A DNA stretch of 64,000 bases, from assembly GCA_964016885.1 (NCBI GenBank), contig OZ024742.1:261640001-261704000 (forward strand). The letters run 5' to 3'. Each line of letters opens with the position of its first letter. The first letter of the stretch is position 1. The notes beneath the pieces are model-generated. The model saw nothing but the letters and a program-made list of their open reading frames with translations, did no database searches and had not been told where the DNA came from. The stretch comes from Eledone cirrhosa. Taxonomy: Eukaryota. The translations under genes and the position numbers were made by a program. Below, piece by piece: positions 24,151-36,819 of the stretch.

Positions 24151-24903
24151 GCTCTCTTATCTATCTATCGCACATTTTTTCCTGTGTCTCTTTGCAATGC
24201 ATTTCGTCTTCTGTAACTTTAGAAATAAATATGACAACACACTCAAAACATCAGTGAATCTAAAGTTGCATTTTACGATAGAAAGAAAAAAACGATATCT
24301 TCCTCTAAACCTGACATAGAATGCTACAACTTTTCAGTTCTGTGTGTGCACGTCATCATCTCTGCTGATCTTTCAACTGCTCACACTCCCGCTATTTACT
24401 GCTCGCACCTCACTTTGTTCTGGTATCGTCTTCACTGACCAACTGAAAGACATCTCTCAAACCCTGTATCATAAAAATCAGAGGGAGGGGCCACATTTTT
24501 CCATATATCTTCCTCGTGTCTTTGTTGGCGTCGACCGCACGAGAAATTGGCCTAACCTCTGTTGATAGTAGTCGGAGGAGATGGCTCTAACTGTAATTGT
24601 AACAGCATGGTCGACCTTCCGGCTTAGTTTTGCCACATTCACTGTTGATCAAGGGTGTGGTGTGTGGTTACCCGTATCTCCTCCTGCCTGAAAACCCCCA
24701 CCTACAGGTTGTTTGTTTTGTTAAATATTTATACTCCTGATCTTTACATATACATACACACACATCACCTCATACATGCAAACAACCATTTAGAATTAAA
24801 TACACGCAGACATATATTTATATATTTTTCCTTATACACCCGACTGGAAAGAAGGAAGCCTCCCACCGAAAACGGAAAGTAACAGTAATAACAACGATAG
24901 AAG

Positions 24904-25075
24904 ATGACTGCTCGAGGTATTCGGAAGAAACAGAAGGCAGTGTCCCGTTCAGCAAAAGCAGGGGTGCTGTTTCCAGTCGGTCGGATGCAGCGCTACCTCA
25001 AGAAAGGCACCCACCATTTCCGAATAGGTGCAGGGGCACCCGTATATATGGCAGCTGTCATAGAGTACCTAGCTG
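24904..25075 (+). CDS. MACROH2A: Core histone macroH2A, coding exon 1 (172 nt)
   Basis: [57 protein letters not shown] followed by G|GTACG; phase 1. Confidence 0.95.
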
Positions 25076-25261
25076 GTACGTATGTTTGTATGGCATGTAC
25101 GTATGTATGTATGTATGTACGTATGTGTTTGTATGTATGCAGGTCGGTGGTGTGTGTATGTCTATATAATGTGTGCATATATATGTGTGCGTGTTCGTTA
25201 TACATATGTGTCATCATCATTATCATTTGATGCCCATTTTTCTAGTAAATATATATATATA

Positions 25262-25293
<32 letters not shown>

Positions 25294-25667
25294 CATACAT
25301 ACACGTGTAACTACGGTGACTACTACGTCTTAATATAGAATGTTTGTCAGTACTTTTTTCTCGATTTCTCTCTCTCTTCACACGTTCACGTACACAGCCG
25401 ACCACACACATACAGATACTATACAAGATTCTCTGTATAAAGTCTATGAGGAACATCGACCTTATATTTTTCATTCATTCATTTATCCCTTTACCTCTTC
25501 TACCGCCTCTCCTTTCACATTATCGGAACAAGTGTCTTTGCATTGATTTCTTTGGGAAGGGGAGACAAATGAGACAAAGGGCGGTGGCGATTTTATGATT
25601 GATGTAACGTTGACAAAATGGCAAACACAATAACACACGAAGAATAGCCATGCACACTTATACATAC

Positions 25668-25980
25668 ATGATGGCTGCCCCCTCGTTATCGAGTATGGCC
25701 ATTGCACGATATACCATTATTAATAATAATTAATTAATTCTATCGTGCAATGCCTGTGCGTGAAAATGATTTTAAAGTGAGGAAAGACTGTGCACTGAGC
25801 CAATCCCACTCTCTGAGCGACAGTAGCTATAACCCGCAGGTTTTATATCTGAGTTATCCCAGTTTCCTGAGTTGCCTTCTCCTAGAAGAATGCCCTGACA
25901 AAGGCTAGGGGTCCTTCACTCCCAGTGGTTTAACCGCGCGATCGGGTGTCCAGCCCAATTGTTTCTATGTCCCCGCGCAT
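25668..25980 (-). mobile_element. Diverged copy of the (ATGT)n-associated element
   Basis: GATGGCTGCCCCCTCGTTATCGAGTATGGCCAT terminal hairpin, GCAATGCCTGTGC and CTGACAAAGGCTAGGGGTC match the 21823 unit. Confidence 0.6.
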
Positions 25981-26131
25981 ATACATACACATGCACCCAT
26001 GTATATACACATATACATATGTACATGTGTATATACATATTTACACACTTTTGGATGGCCGTTGACTCTTATGAGTTCTTCTGCCCATACATACATATAC
26101 GCCTATGCATTATATTTATGTGTGTGTAAAT

Positions 26132-26159
<28 letters not shown>

Positions 26160-26164
<5 letters not shown>

Positions 26165-26282
26165 TTGTTTCTACGTTAGGCACAAGGCCAGCAATTACCC
26201 AGTGTATTACTGGTACTTTATTTTATCGACCCCGTAAGGATGAAAGGCAAAGTTAACCTCGGCGGGATTTGAACTCAGAATG
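26160..26282 (-). mobile_element. tRNA-derived SINE, 5'-truncated
   Basis: Matches the reverse complement of 38120-38245. Confidence 0.8.
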
Positions 26283-26354
26283 GCATATTATATATATATA
26301 TAATATTAATAAATGGAAACTATTTTTATAAAACCATATTTATTTTATTATATA

Positions 26355-29065
26355 TGTAGCAAGAGTTTCCTCCCTTGTCATGACAATCTCATCACCGCTC
26401 TCTAGACAGGAAGTAGCTGGACTTGCTTCCCTTTGGGGGTGATAGAACCCTGTTGGTCACTTCCAGTCGGACCCTATAAAAGGAACAGGTTAGGACGATC
26501 TCACTCTCTCGCCTCCTGAATCCCAAAGTGGTAACAACACCTGCGACTTTATCATGAGATGACTCCTCTCTCATTTTTCCTTCGCCACTCAAGAAGAATG
26601 CCACCGGCAGCCTAAGAACCTAAGAAGATGTTAACACCTCCAAGAGAAGATCTCTCCTTTTCTCCACACACTTCAGCCTAGGAGTTGTGATCCACGGGTA
26701 ATGATTCATTTATATTAATCCCTTTGACTTCTGTGAAGTAAAAACATTGTCACAACACACACCGGCATTTATTGTCTTTTCTAATAATTTTATATGTACA
26801 CCGATACTAATCTCCTAAAGTGGTGACCCCCGACGTGATTTTTAAAAAATGGGAAATAGTCGAAGGTGTATATATAAAAAAAAAAACAATTTAATACAAA
26901 ACGAACACCTACAGTTATTCACACACAAACAAACAGCAATTGTATGAATGCTTTTGCCTTTTTTTTCTCTCCTTTTCTGCTCTTCTCTGGCTAAAAATTT
27001 TGAGGATGACAAGATGGAGGCTCTCTTCTCCATCATTAGTGTTTTTGGCGCAAAATAGTCCGCCATGTTGGATTTTGTTTTAAGTTCCTTGCCCTTACCT
27101 TAGTAATAACATCATTCAGTTAATCGCTTCTTTGCATATTGTCCCGGATGCATTATTTTTCCAGTCCAGTGATTTGACAGAGAAAAATAAGCGATTTTGT
27201 TTTCCTTTTCTGTTGCGTTGGAGACATTTTTCCAAACGGAGACGATTATTATTTTTTTTTGTTCTTGGTAAATTGCCTACGGTATATCAATGGCTTCTCA
27301 CTCTGTTCTGCCAACGTACACGGGCGACGTAAGGCTATGGTTCACCCAGCTCGAAGCATTTTTCAAGGCGAACAGAGTTGACGAGGAACTACAACGTCCT
27401 CTGGTCCTTAGTGCAATTCCGCTGGCAATTCTCCCAGCAATTAAGGACCTGGTGTTAGAGACGTACATGTCTCTGAAGGCTGAAATACTCAGCCGGACAG
27501 AACAGTCTTCAGAAAAAAGGTTTAGGGCTTTGGTCCATCTGGAGCATATAGGGGATGGCACCCCATCGAACCTCCTAAGGCGAATGAAGGACCTAACGGA
27601 GGGGTCGGTAGTGGAAACTGTCCTGCTGAAGCAGTTGTTCTTCTCGCGCCTGCCAACCAACGTACAGGCAATTTTGGCCCCCATGAGGGATACAAGCACA
27701 GTGGATCAGCTTGCCGCCTCTGCGTACAAAGTTTTCGAAGTGACGAATGCCGGAGGCAGCAACCCCCTTGCCGCTGTTCACCACCCAGCTCGGGTCACAC
27801 GCGGCCATGCGATCTACGCGGCAGCGCCAATAGACAGCTCAACCATTATGGCGATGCAAAAGTCCATTCAGGAACTCACCATAGAGCTCCACAAGATGAA
27901 GGCCTTGTGTGGTGCCCGTTCGCGCAGTCGCGGGAGATCGCAAATTTTAGACGTCGTTCTAAATCACCAGCTTCATCTTTATGCTGGTACCACGAGCGAT
28001 TTGCTGAGAACGTGAATCACTGCGTGCAACCTTGCTCCTTTCATAAGGCGAGAAACGCCTAAGAGGTCCGCTGATAGGGACAGTGGACCTCAACATAAAG
28101 CCACCAAACCGCCATTTCTTCATTAAGGACCTAATGTCGGGAAGAGGTTTCCTCGTGGATACAGGAGCCTCCTGTAGTATTTGGCCGGTCCATTGCCTGA
28201 AAGATACCCCATAGAGTCATCTGTTACGCTGCAGGCAGTTAACCACTCGTCTATAAAGACGTACGGGCAAATCTCGCTTCCTCTCAAATTCCTAAATCTT
28301 TGTAGGGATTTTAAGTGGATTTTTACGGTTGCCGATTTGCCATACCCCATATTAGGAGCGGATTTCCTACACAACTTCTCTTTAACTGTGGACGTCCATG
28401 GCCAACACCTGGTGGATAACATCACCGGTTTTTCAATTCATGGCCAGGAAGCCAATGCTCCAATAGTCAGCCCCATATTCTTCATCACTGCCGCTGGAGA
28501 CGCCTACCATTCGTTGCTGGGTGGTTCTTTCCCGGAGCTCAAGGATGGAAATTTTCGAGTCACTGAGCCAACACACTCGACCGAACATTTCGTTTCCACC
28601 ACCGGTGCTCCAGTGTTTTCGCGTCCACGCTGTTTACCGGCGGAAAAATTAAAGGCAGCACGGTCCGAATTCAACCATATGCTGCAGCTGGGCATTATTC
28701 GCCCATCTACGAGTCCTTGGGCTTCACCGTTACACAGGGTGCCCAAGACTTCCAGCGACTGGAGACCCACTGGGGATTATAGAAGGTTAAATGCCATGAC
28801 CGTCCCGGATAGGTATCCCATTCCCCATCTCCAGGATTTTGCATCTTCACTGCAGGGGTGTAAGATTTTTTCAAAGTTAGATTTAGTGCGAGCCTACCAC
28901 CAAATTCCGGTCAGTAAGGAGGATATTCCGAAAACGGCGATTACAACCCCTTTCGGATCCTTCGAATTTTTTACCATGCCTTTCGGACTCAGGAACGCCG
29001 CTAGCACTTTTCAGCGGTTCATAGACGAGGTCACTCGTGATCTGGACTTCGTTTATGCTTACATA
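26355..29065 (+). mobile_element. Gypsy (CsRn1-like) LTR retrotransposon, 5' half: LTR, tRNA-Trp PBS, gag, protease, truncated RT
   Basis: LTR TGTAG(26355)..CTAAA(26819); PBS TGGTGACCCCCGACGTGATT (26821-26840) complementary to the tRNA-Trp 3' end; gag LWFTQLEAFF and CWYHERFAENVNHCVQPC (CHCC); FLVDTGAS protease; [30 protein letters not shown], broken off at FVYAYI. Confidence 0.9.
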
Positions 29066-29325
29066 GCCAAAATTTTGGCACGCCCTCATCAGATAAAATA
29101 CAAAGTTTGTTTTACAGATAATGACATATCCAAAAACAAGAACTCATCGTTTTAAGTTCTGTTTGACTATTCAAACAGAACTTAAAACGATAAGTTCTTG
29201 TTTTGGGATAAAACAACTTTTGTATTTTATCTGATGTGTGCATGCCAAAATTTTGGTACCCTTGAAATATACATAATAAAATAAATATGGTTTTATAAAG
29301 ATAGTTTCCATTTATTAATATTATT
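29066..29325. repeat. Imperfect palindrome with a hammerhead-like core; its outer left arm lies at 26299-26354
   Basis: CCAAAATTTTGGCA..CATCAGATAAAATAC / GTATTTTATCTGATG..TGCCAAAATTTTGG; 29271-29325 is the reverse complement of 26299-26352. Confidence 0.8.
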
Positions 29326-29719
29326 GATATTATACTCCAGAAGAAATCTGTAGAGTGCTTCGAATCTGTTATAAATAAATTTGTTGAATAACCAACAAAT
29401 TAAATAACTCATTGCTTATATATATCATCATCATCTTCGTTTAACGTCCATCTTCCACGCTAGCATATATATACATGTGTGTGTGTGTGTTGCATTAGTA
29501 ATACTAAAAAAAACTGCCAATTTCATATACATTGGTGACAAAAGCATGTATTCTCCGTTATTCAAAACCACTGATGAGATATGACAAAATATAGATATAA
29601 GTTCTGATAATGGACATTGCCTGCTTTTACCAATAATGTCTATGATACTGGCAGTTTTTTAGTGTATTACTAATACCGTGTTTTAAAATATATAAATTAC
29701 CTTCATGTTTACATATCGT

Positions 29720-32250
29720 TCCAATGTTAGGCAGTTCTGGTCAGTTTCGTAGTAGGTTGATGGTTCTTCTGAACAGGTTGTTGGCTCTCTACAGTATAGT
29801 TGGATGATGGGGCTCCCATGTTGGCAGTGATGTGACGCTCTGTGGGTCACCGTTGGTCTGGAACCTCCCCAAGTAACTGTCTAACCTTGGGAGGCCCTAC
29901 AAAGCTCCAGACAGTAATACTGTCTCAGATTTACAGAACACACAAGCCCCCTTTCCATCACGAGGCCAGACCCACAGACCCCATGACATCACGATCATCC
30001 TGACAGATGCCAATGCTACCATCTCTTCTTCTGCCAGGTTCCCTCCAACTGACCCATTCCAGACTCAGCCTAATGGCACAACCTTCACTGACCCATCCAC
30101 CAACGACAACGGTAATCACCTGTTGCTCCTGTGCCACTATAACAATATGTATCATTGACACATGGTTCCTCTGCAAACTCATCCATCACTGGACAGCTAC
30201 ACCTGGAAAACAATTGACCATATTATCATCTCCTGCCGCTGGAGGTTGTTAGTCACCAACTGCCGGATCTACAGAGGAGCTTAACTCAGCAATATCAACC
30301 ATCTGTTGCTGGCTGTGACACTGAAGTTGAGGTAGTGGGTGGATGCAGCCTCCAAGTACCAGCCCCGCCTTGACTCCTCCTTTCTCCATGATCCCAACAT
30401 CGCCTCTACATTTACGCGCTCCTTCACCAATTGCTTCAGTGCCCTGGCCAAGGACGAAACCGACAACTGAGAGATCTTTAAATCAATGATTAACCAGTCT
30501 GTGTGTGATATCCTGGTAAAGTCAAGACCTCTTCCCAAACAGCCCTGGATTTCTCTGCAGACACTGGAGATAATTAACTGTCGCCTGTGCAGCAGTGCAA
30601 ATGAGTACCGCCAGCTCAACCAGATATGCAACAGAGCAATCAGAGTTGACCAGGAAAAGTTTTGAACAAAAGAAGCCAAATGCTTGGATGCAGCAGTAAG
30701 GAACAATGACCTCAGCCAGGTATTCAACACACACCACAGAGCCCATGCCAGTGACCAGATCAACACAGCCCTGGTGAAGAATAGCAATAGCAATCACCAC
30801 AGAAGGAGCACTTCAGTCTTCTTCTTCATCACCCACCTGTCCCAGTCGATCCCTGCCTAACTATCACCGGAGATACAGCTGCAGCCAACGACACTTGCAG
30901 GCTCAATCTTGTTACCTCCAATGAAGTCAGAGCTTCCCTGATGAAGCTCAACATCTGCAAAGGCCCTGGAATCTGCACATCACCGTGGCGATGTTTAAAG
31001 CAGGCAGGGATAACACGATCCAGTGGCACACCCATATCATCAACCATGTATGGGTGTCAGAGCAGCTCCTAAATGACTGGACCCAGAGCATCATCCTCCC
31101 CTTCTAGAAACGGATGAGCAGCAACTACAAGAGCATCACCCTCCTCACCATCCTAAGCAAGCTCTTCACCAAGATCCTCCTCAACCGTGCTCTTCCCACC
31201 TTCAGAAGCAGGCATCGCCCACAACATGCTAGATTCATACCAAATCCTTCTACCACCGACCACATGGCTGCTCTCCGTATCTTGGGAGTTTTGCAGAAAT
31301 CATTGCCTTCATCAATCTCAAGGCAACTTTCAACATAGTCAACCACACATCCCTCTGGAAAATTCTCAAGCTCATTGGCGCACCTCCGAAGATCACCACC
31401 CTGTTCCAATGGCTCTATAGCAGTGCCGATAGTTATGTGTGGGTAAATGGGAAGGACTCCAACAAGTTCCTCATCAACAGTGTGGCTGCCCCTGACCTCT
31501 TCAACTGTGTCATCGACTATCTGATGACCAAGGTCTGTGAGCAAGTTTCTAGCATTACCTTCAGGAACTATCACCTTACCAACCTGGGGTACGCAGACGA
31601 CACAACTGTATTCAGCAACTCGATCGATCAGCTCAGCGATACACTGACTATATACCAGTAGGATTCAACAAAGCTTCACCTTCAGGTAGGTAAGCTGTGT
31701 GAAGACCAAGCTGATGCATATTGGGCCCTATGTCGTGGTGTTTGTCAGCTCCTTCATTTACCTGGGCTCAACAGTCACCAACAATCATGACCTGACCCCA
31801 GAGATCAACTGCACTATTTCCTGAGACAAAACTCCATATTTATAATGTGTCGGTCCTCTCCATTCTCCTAAATGGAGCAGAAACATGACCCCTCACAAAG
31901 ACCCTGGCAAAGGGGATTGACAGCTTTGATAGCAGAGCCCTGAGGACCATCAAGAACTTCAGATAGTACCACCCTGTTTCCAACAAAGAGTTGTGTGTGC
32001 ACATGCATCAGCCTATAGCTATCCACCACATGCTGAGGTATGGACGTGTCCTCCACCTGCCACCAGATCATCCTACCATGGCCTTACTCTCATTTGACAC
32101 AGCAGCTACCAGATGGGTGGATATCATCAAGGAAGATTTTCAAAAGCTCGAAATCACCCTGGAGGATGCAGAGGGGCTGGCATGTGACAGCCAGCGGTGG
32201 AGGCACTGGGATTACTCACCTAGCTTGACCGCAGTTTCATTGAGCAAGAG
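29720..32250 (+). mobile_element. Decayed RTE-like LINE
   Basis: SNYKSITLLTILSKLFTKILLNR, APDLFNCVID, GYADD, RWVDIIKED..W; many stops. Confidence 0.75.
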
Positions 32251-32351
32251 CAAGAAGCCGAAGTTTACATATCAAGGGCTCTTTCTTTCATAATACAAAA
32301 TCACATACAAGTAAGTAACTATATTACACATACATACATATACATACATAC

Positions 32352-34245
32352 ATCGCAGTACTATTTACCTATGAGGCATGATGTAGGGGCCAAAACACTA
32401 TACAATGCAATCCGTAGAAAAGATAGGCCTGATAAACACATTAAAAGCTACAACAATGTGGAAGACATACACATACATGATATGAAATGAAAGAGTACTG
32501 ATGGAATGTTCCAGTAAAAACCCCAATAAAATGCAAGCATAACAGACCAGATATAATGATATGGGACAGAGAAAAGAAGACATGCACAGTAGTGGAAGTT
32601 AACTGCCCAGCAGATGCCAATATAATATTAAAAATTAGCGAAAAGGAGAATATCTATGCAGAAAGTCTTGTAACTATGTTAGAGACTGACTCTCTCTCTC
32701 TCTGTATTGGCAAAAATTTGTGAAATTATAAAACCAGAAGAACATACATATTCACAGGGGTATATTTCAAGAAGCCAGTCTATCTGTACTACTATTTATT
32801 CTGTCATTAATCCCTTTGTCCTTTTTGCTCAAGAAATGTGAAGGATATATAATTGGCTCACAGGAGGACAGAAATACGAACCTAACTCATAATTTCTTTG
32901 TGGATGACCGAAACAATACCGGAAACTTCTACATCAATATTTACATAGACCACCTCTACTTGAAAGTAAGCAGGGAGGCAGAGGCCTAACATCAGTCCAG
33001 ACAGCATTTGAGTGTTGCATCACATCCCTCCAACAACATTTACAAACCTCCAAGCATAGGAGCCCGTCTATTGAGCAAGTCTATCTGCATGAGACAGATA
33101 AGATCATGAGAGTTGAGAAGGAACTCCTTGAAAGATACTCCCTGCATGATAATCATAAACTCACTCCCAGGGAAATTGCCCAGCAATAATGCAGTGAATC
33201 CAGGGATGAAAAACTGCATGCTTATCAGCAAAAAATTATGTCAAAGAGGCTCCAGAGTGAGAGTAATATAGATAAACAAAGTAGTCTATCTTGGACCAAC
33301 AACCACTATATTGGCTCTCACTTTGAAGGATATGCTTTTGCAATCCAAGAACAGGAAATCAACACAAAATACCTGATTCACAAAAGAGATAGAGATGCAG
33401 TAAAACACCTAGATGTGACAAGTGCAGATTCTGCAGATTTAACATCGAAGGTGTCACCTATGTCATAAGCAGCTGTCCAAAGATGTCATCGTGGTACTAT
33501 CTACCTATGAGGCATGATGTAGTGGCCAAAACACTGTACAATGCAATCCGTAGAAAAGGTAGCCCCGATAACAAACACATTAAAAGCTACAGCAATATGG
33601 AAGACATACACATACATAATATGAAAGAGTACTGGTGGAATGTTCCAATAAAATGCAAGCATAACAGACCAGATATAATGATATGGGACAGGGAAAAGAA
33701 GGCACTCACAGTAGTGGAAGTTAGATGCCCAGCAGATGCCAATATAATATTAAAAATTAGCGAAAAGGAGAATATCTATGCAGAACTAATGAGAAATCAT
33801 CAGATACTCCACCCTGACTATGCCTTCGGATTTATACCTGTGATTATTGGAGTACTGGGATATGTTAGTAACTGCCTCAGTACAAATCTTGAGAAGCTAG
33901 GCATCACAGAACCAAAAAGAGCACAACTAGTTAGGAAATTACAAGTACAATCCATTAATGGAACAGTAAAAATATGTAAAACATTCTAAAGATTCTGCAT
34001 GCAATAATTGCATGTACACATGGACAGATACAAAACATATGCATATGCACACATATAACTCAAACATACACATCCACACATACAATAACATCCATACCTG
34101 CACACACATACAAGCATTTAGACATGTATACATATCTACCTAGTTGATGTGTAAATTCCAATGAAGGAGTCTTGTATCTATATTAGAAACCAACTCTCTT
34201 TCTTTATTGGTAAAAATGTTTATAATTATAAAACCAGAAGAACAT
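32352..34245 (+). mobile_element. Two internally deleted R4/Dong-like copies in tandem
   Basis: RHDVVA, RPDIMIWD and EKENIY motifs occur twice; family 3' ends AAAACCAGAAGAACATAC at ~32745 and ~34245. Confidence 0.85.
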
Positions 34246-34274
34246 ACATACATACATACAGACAGACATTTTCC

Positions 34275-35120
34275 GATACTTCTTCTCGTCTTCGTTCACT
34301 TAATCCTGGGAGGGTCATGGGGAAAGAGTCTTCAAACATTCCTTCCTGTGGACCACCTTCTCCAACTGATCTAACTGGATTCCCAAGCAAGAACAACCAA
34401 GCTCATGGATGTTATCCATCCATCTTGCTTGGGGGTCTACCCCTGAGCCTCCTGCCTGTTGGTTTTTTGCCCATAAAATGTGTCCAGTGATCTCTCAATT
34501 CGGAGAAGTAATGGCTCTACCTGGAGTGACTCTGATCACCAAGCTACACACTCTGTCGAGTAATGTTACTCCAAAGACCCTTAGGAGGAACCTCATTTCA
34601 GCCGCTTGTATTCGTGATAGTATTCTTTTGGTCATTACCCAAGATTCATAACCATAGGTAAGGGTTGGCACAAATACCAAATTGAAGATACCAAGTTTGG
34701 CTTTTACACCCACCTCTCTTCTTCTGATTGCAGATCATCCACTGACTTCATAAGAAGCCCTCCTCCACACCTGCTATCGAAAATTCGTCTGGGGTCCTTC
34801 TCTCTTCAGAGAGGTGCATCCTCACAAGGTGGAGAGAATAATTTGCTGATCTCCTAAATCCTATCACAATAGCACCTGATGTACATGAGGTGCATCTGGG
34901 AGCAGTGATTAATCTCTCAGAGGCCTAAGGTCACAAGAACAGTTAAAGAGCTCAAATGTGGCAAGACCTCTGGGGAAGATGAAACCCAGCCCAAGATATT
35001 AAAAGCCTTAAATAGCGGTGTTCTCTGACTGACTCTTGTGTGCCGGGTGGCCTGGATCTCTGGAAAGGCACCTAAGCAATGGCAGCCGGGAGTAATAAAC
35101 CCAATTTCCCAATACTGAAG
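34275..35120. mobile_element. RTE fragments in opposite orientations (minus 34275-34740, plus 34740-35120)
   Basis: VPTLTYGYESWVMTKRILSRIQAAEMRFL on the minus strand; ELKCGKTSGEDE..PKQWQPGVINPIS on the plus strand; same family as 6190-7610. Confidence 0.7.
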
Positions 35121-35382
35121 AGGCAAATAGTCTTATCCATGTGTACTGCAAATATGTATATAAATATGCATACACATATGAATATTGTGTGTGTATATTT
35201 GTATATATAAAGAGAGCCTGCAATGTTGAAACCAGGGAGACCACTAATCATTAATCATGGAAGAACTCAGTGCATGGGGAGATGCAGAGTGGGTGTAGAG
35301 ATATGTAAAATCCTGACTGCAGCGTCAACAAGTTTTACCTTACAAACCAAAACCGCTTCGCAGTTGGGATTTTACCCCTCTC

Positions 35383-35427
<45 letters not shown>

Positions 35428-35618
35428 ATATATATATATCATCATGATGATTAATTAACATCCACTTTCCACACTTACATTTTACACCTACTCTGCATCT
35501 CTCCATATATATATACGGTTGTAACAAAAGATTGTAGCATTTTTTTAATGGTTGTTTTTAATCACATGATTTAGTTGATCAAGTGACAGAAGTATATGAC
35601 ATATTTTTTATCTGAATA

Positions 35619-36089
35619 TTGTGCAGATTATTTACTTTAACTGTTTCTACGTTAAAATTGAAAATAGAGGGAAATGAGATGCATTTTTGTCATTTGATGC
35701 TCTTTTATTTCCGGAAAGGTAAAGGAGCTGCACAAACAGTGAAAAGGTTATGTGCTGTTTATGGAGATGGTGCCATAGATGATAGTGCTATTCACAAGTG
35801 GTTTCCTAGAGTTAGAGCCAAAAATATTTACTTTGAAGACCATGCACGTTCAGGCAGGCCTATATTTGTTGATAATGATCAAATGGAGACTTTAATCAAA
35901 AATAATCCAGGTAGTACAAATAGAGACATTACAGAGATACTTTACATACCTCATATGAGCGTTACTAGGTATTTGAAAACACTTGGATATGTGAATCGCT
36001 ATGTTTGGGTGCCTCATAAATTTAACAGAAATAAATTTAACAGAAACAAATTTAATAGAAGGCTCAAACGAAACAAAAATGTTAGTTGA
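35619..36089 (+). pseudogene. Truncated mariner transposase (HTH region to the WVPH motif)
   Basis: HLMLFYFRKGKGAAQTVKRLCAVYGDGAI..KWF..EDHARSGRP..HMSVTRYLKTLGYV..WVPH; no DDD catalytic domain follows. Confidence 0.85.
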
Positions 36090-36251
36090 GCTTTTTAAGT
36101 TGAATGGTTATAGGCTGCTATTTCTAGCGGTTTTTTTATCCATTGAAGCCACTATGTACTGTCTTGCGTGCATGCTTTCGTCTCTTCTCTCACCATGTGC
36201 AATATTTCAGTTGTCTGAAGTCTCTTTAGAAGTGTCGACCATACCATCTTT

Positions 36252-36330
36252 ACACCTACCGATGAGCCCTGAGAGGTTATGGTACACTGTTTATGGTGAA
36301 ACATTCTCTTCTTTGAGTTTGTCCAGGTGT
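36252..36330 (+). ncRNA. Type I hammerhead-like motif with a CCGAUGA core variant
   Basis: ACACCTA-CCGATGA-GCC..GGT-GAAACATTCTC..GAGTTTGTC-CAGGTGT; stems I, II and III can all be drawn, with cleavage triplet GUC. Confidence 0.5.
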
Positions 36331-36504
36331 TTTATAGTTATAAAAGTGAGTTTGTACATTTTAATTTACCTTTTTAATTATTATGTATTTTCCACACTTT
36401 TCGTAGACTTTATACTTCTCACACTAGTGGTTCTCTACATCTCTAATTGAAAACATACCCCTTTGTGTTTTCTTCTCTATTTACTTTATGTATATATATA
36501 TCAG

Positions 36505-36690
36505 ATAGGGTGTGGTAAAAAAACCAGGTAGACCATAACCCACCAGAGTACTCGATACTTGGGGTAGTAGAGTTGGTAATATGAAAAGATTCAGGACCCC
36601 GATGGCTGAGCTCTGGCCATTTCGACAGTTCGGATCTAGCTGTCAAAATGGCCAGAGCTCAGCCGTCGGGGTCCTGAATCTTTACATATA
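36505..36690 (+). repeat. Short TA-flanked element with a terminal ~50 bp hairpin
   Basis: AAAGATTCAGGACCCCGATGGCTGAGCTCTGGCCATTT / AAATGGCCAGAGCTCAGCCGTCGGGGTCCTGAATCTTT; related to 59925-60138 and 12140-12290. Confidence 0.8.
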
Positions 36691-36819
36691 TATGTGTGTG
36701 TGTCTGTCTCAAACATACACCCAGTAGGCACCTCTTAATCCACTATATCCCCCTTCCATACATGCCCACTCCCCTACACCACCCTCTCACTTCTGCCTAC
36801 ACCAGCCTTACTCTGTAAA

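Noticed and set aside
24230-24903. macroH2A promoter or non-coding first exon
   Set aside because: Unique, mildly CpG-richer sequence with a possible donor near 24708, but no clear acceptor or core motif. It cannot be supported without transcript data.
24904-25230. Stand-alone canonical histone H2A ORF
   Set aside because: Similarity stops at a GT donor at 25076, and downstream exons supply the linker and macrodomain, so this is macroH2A.
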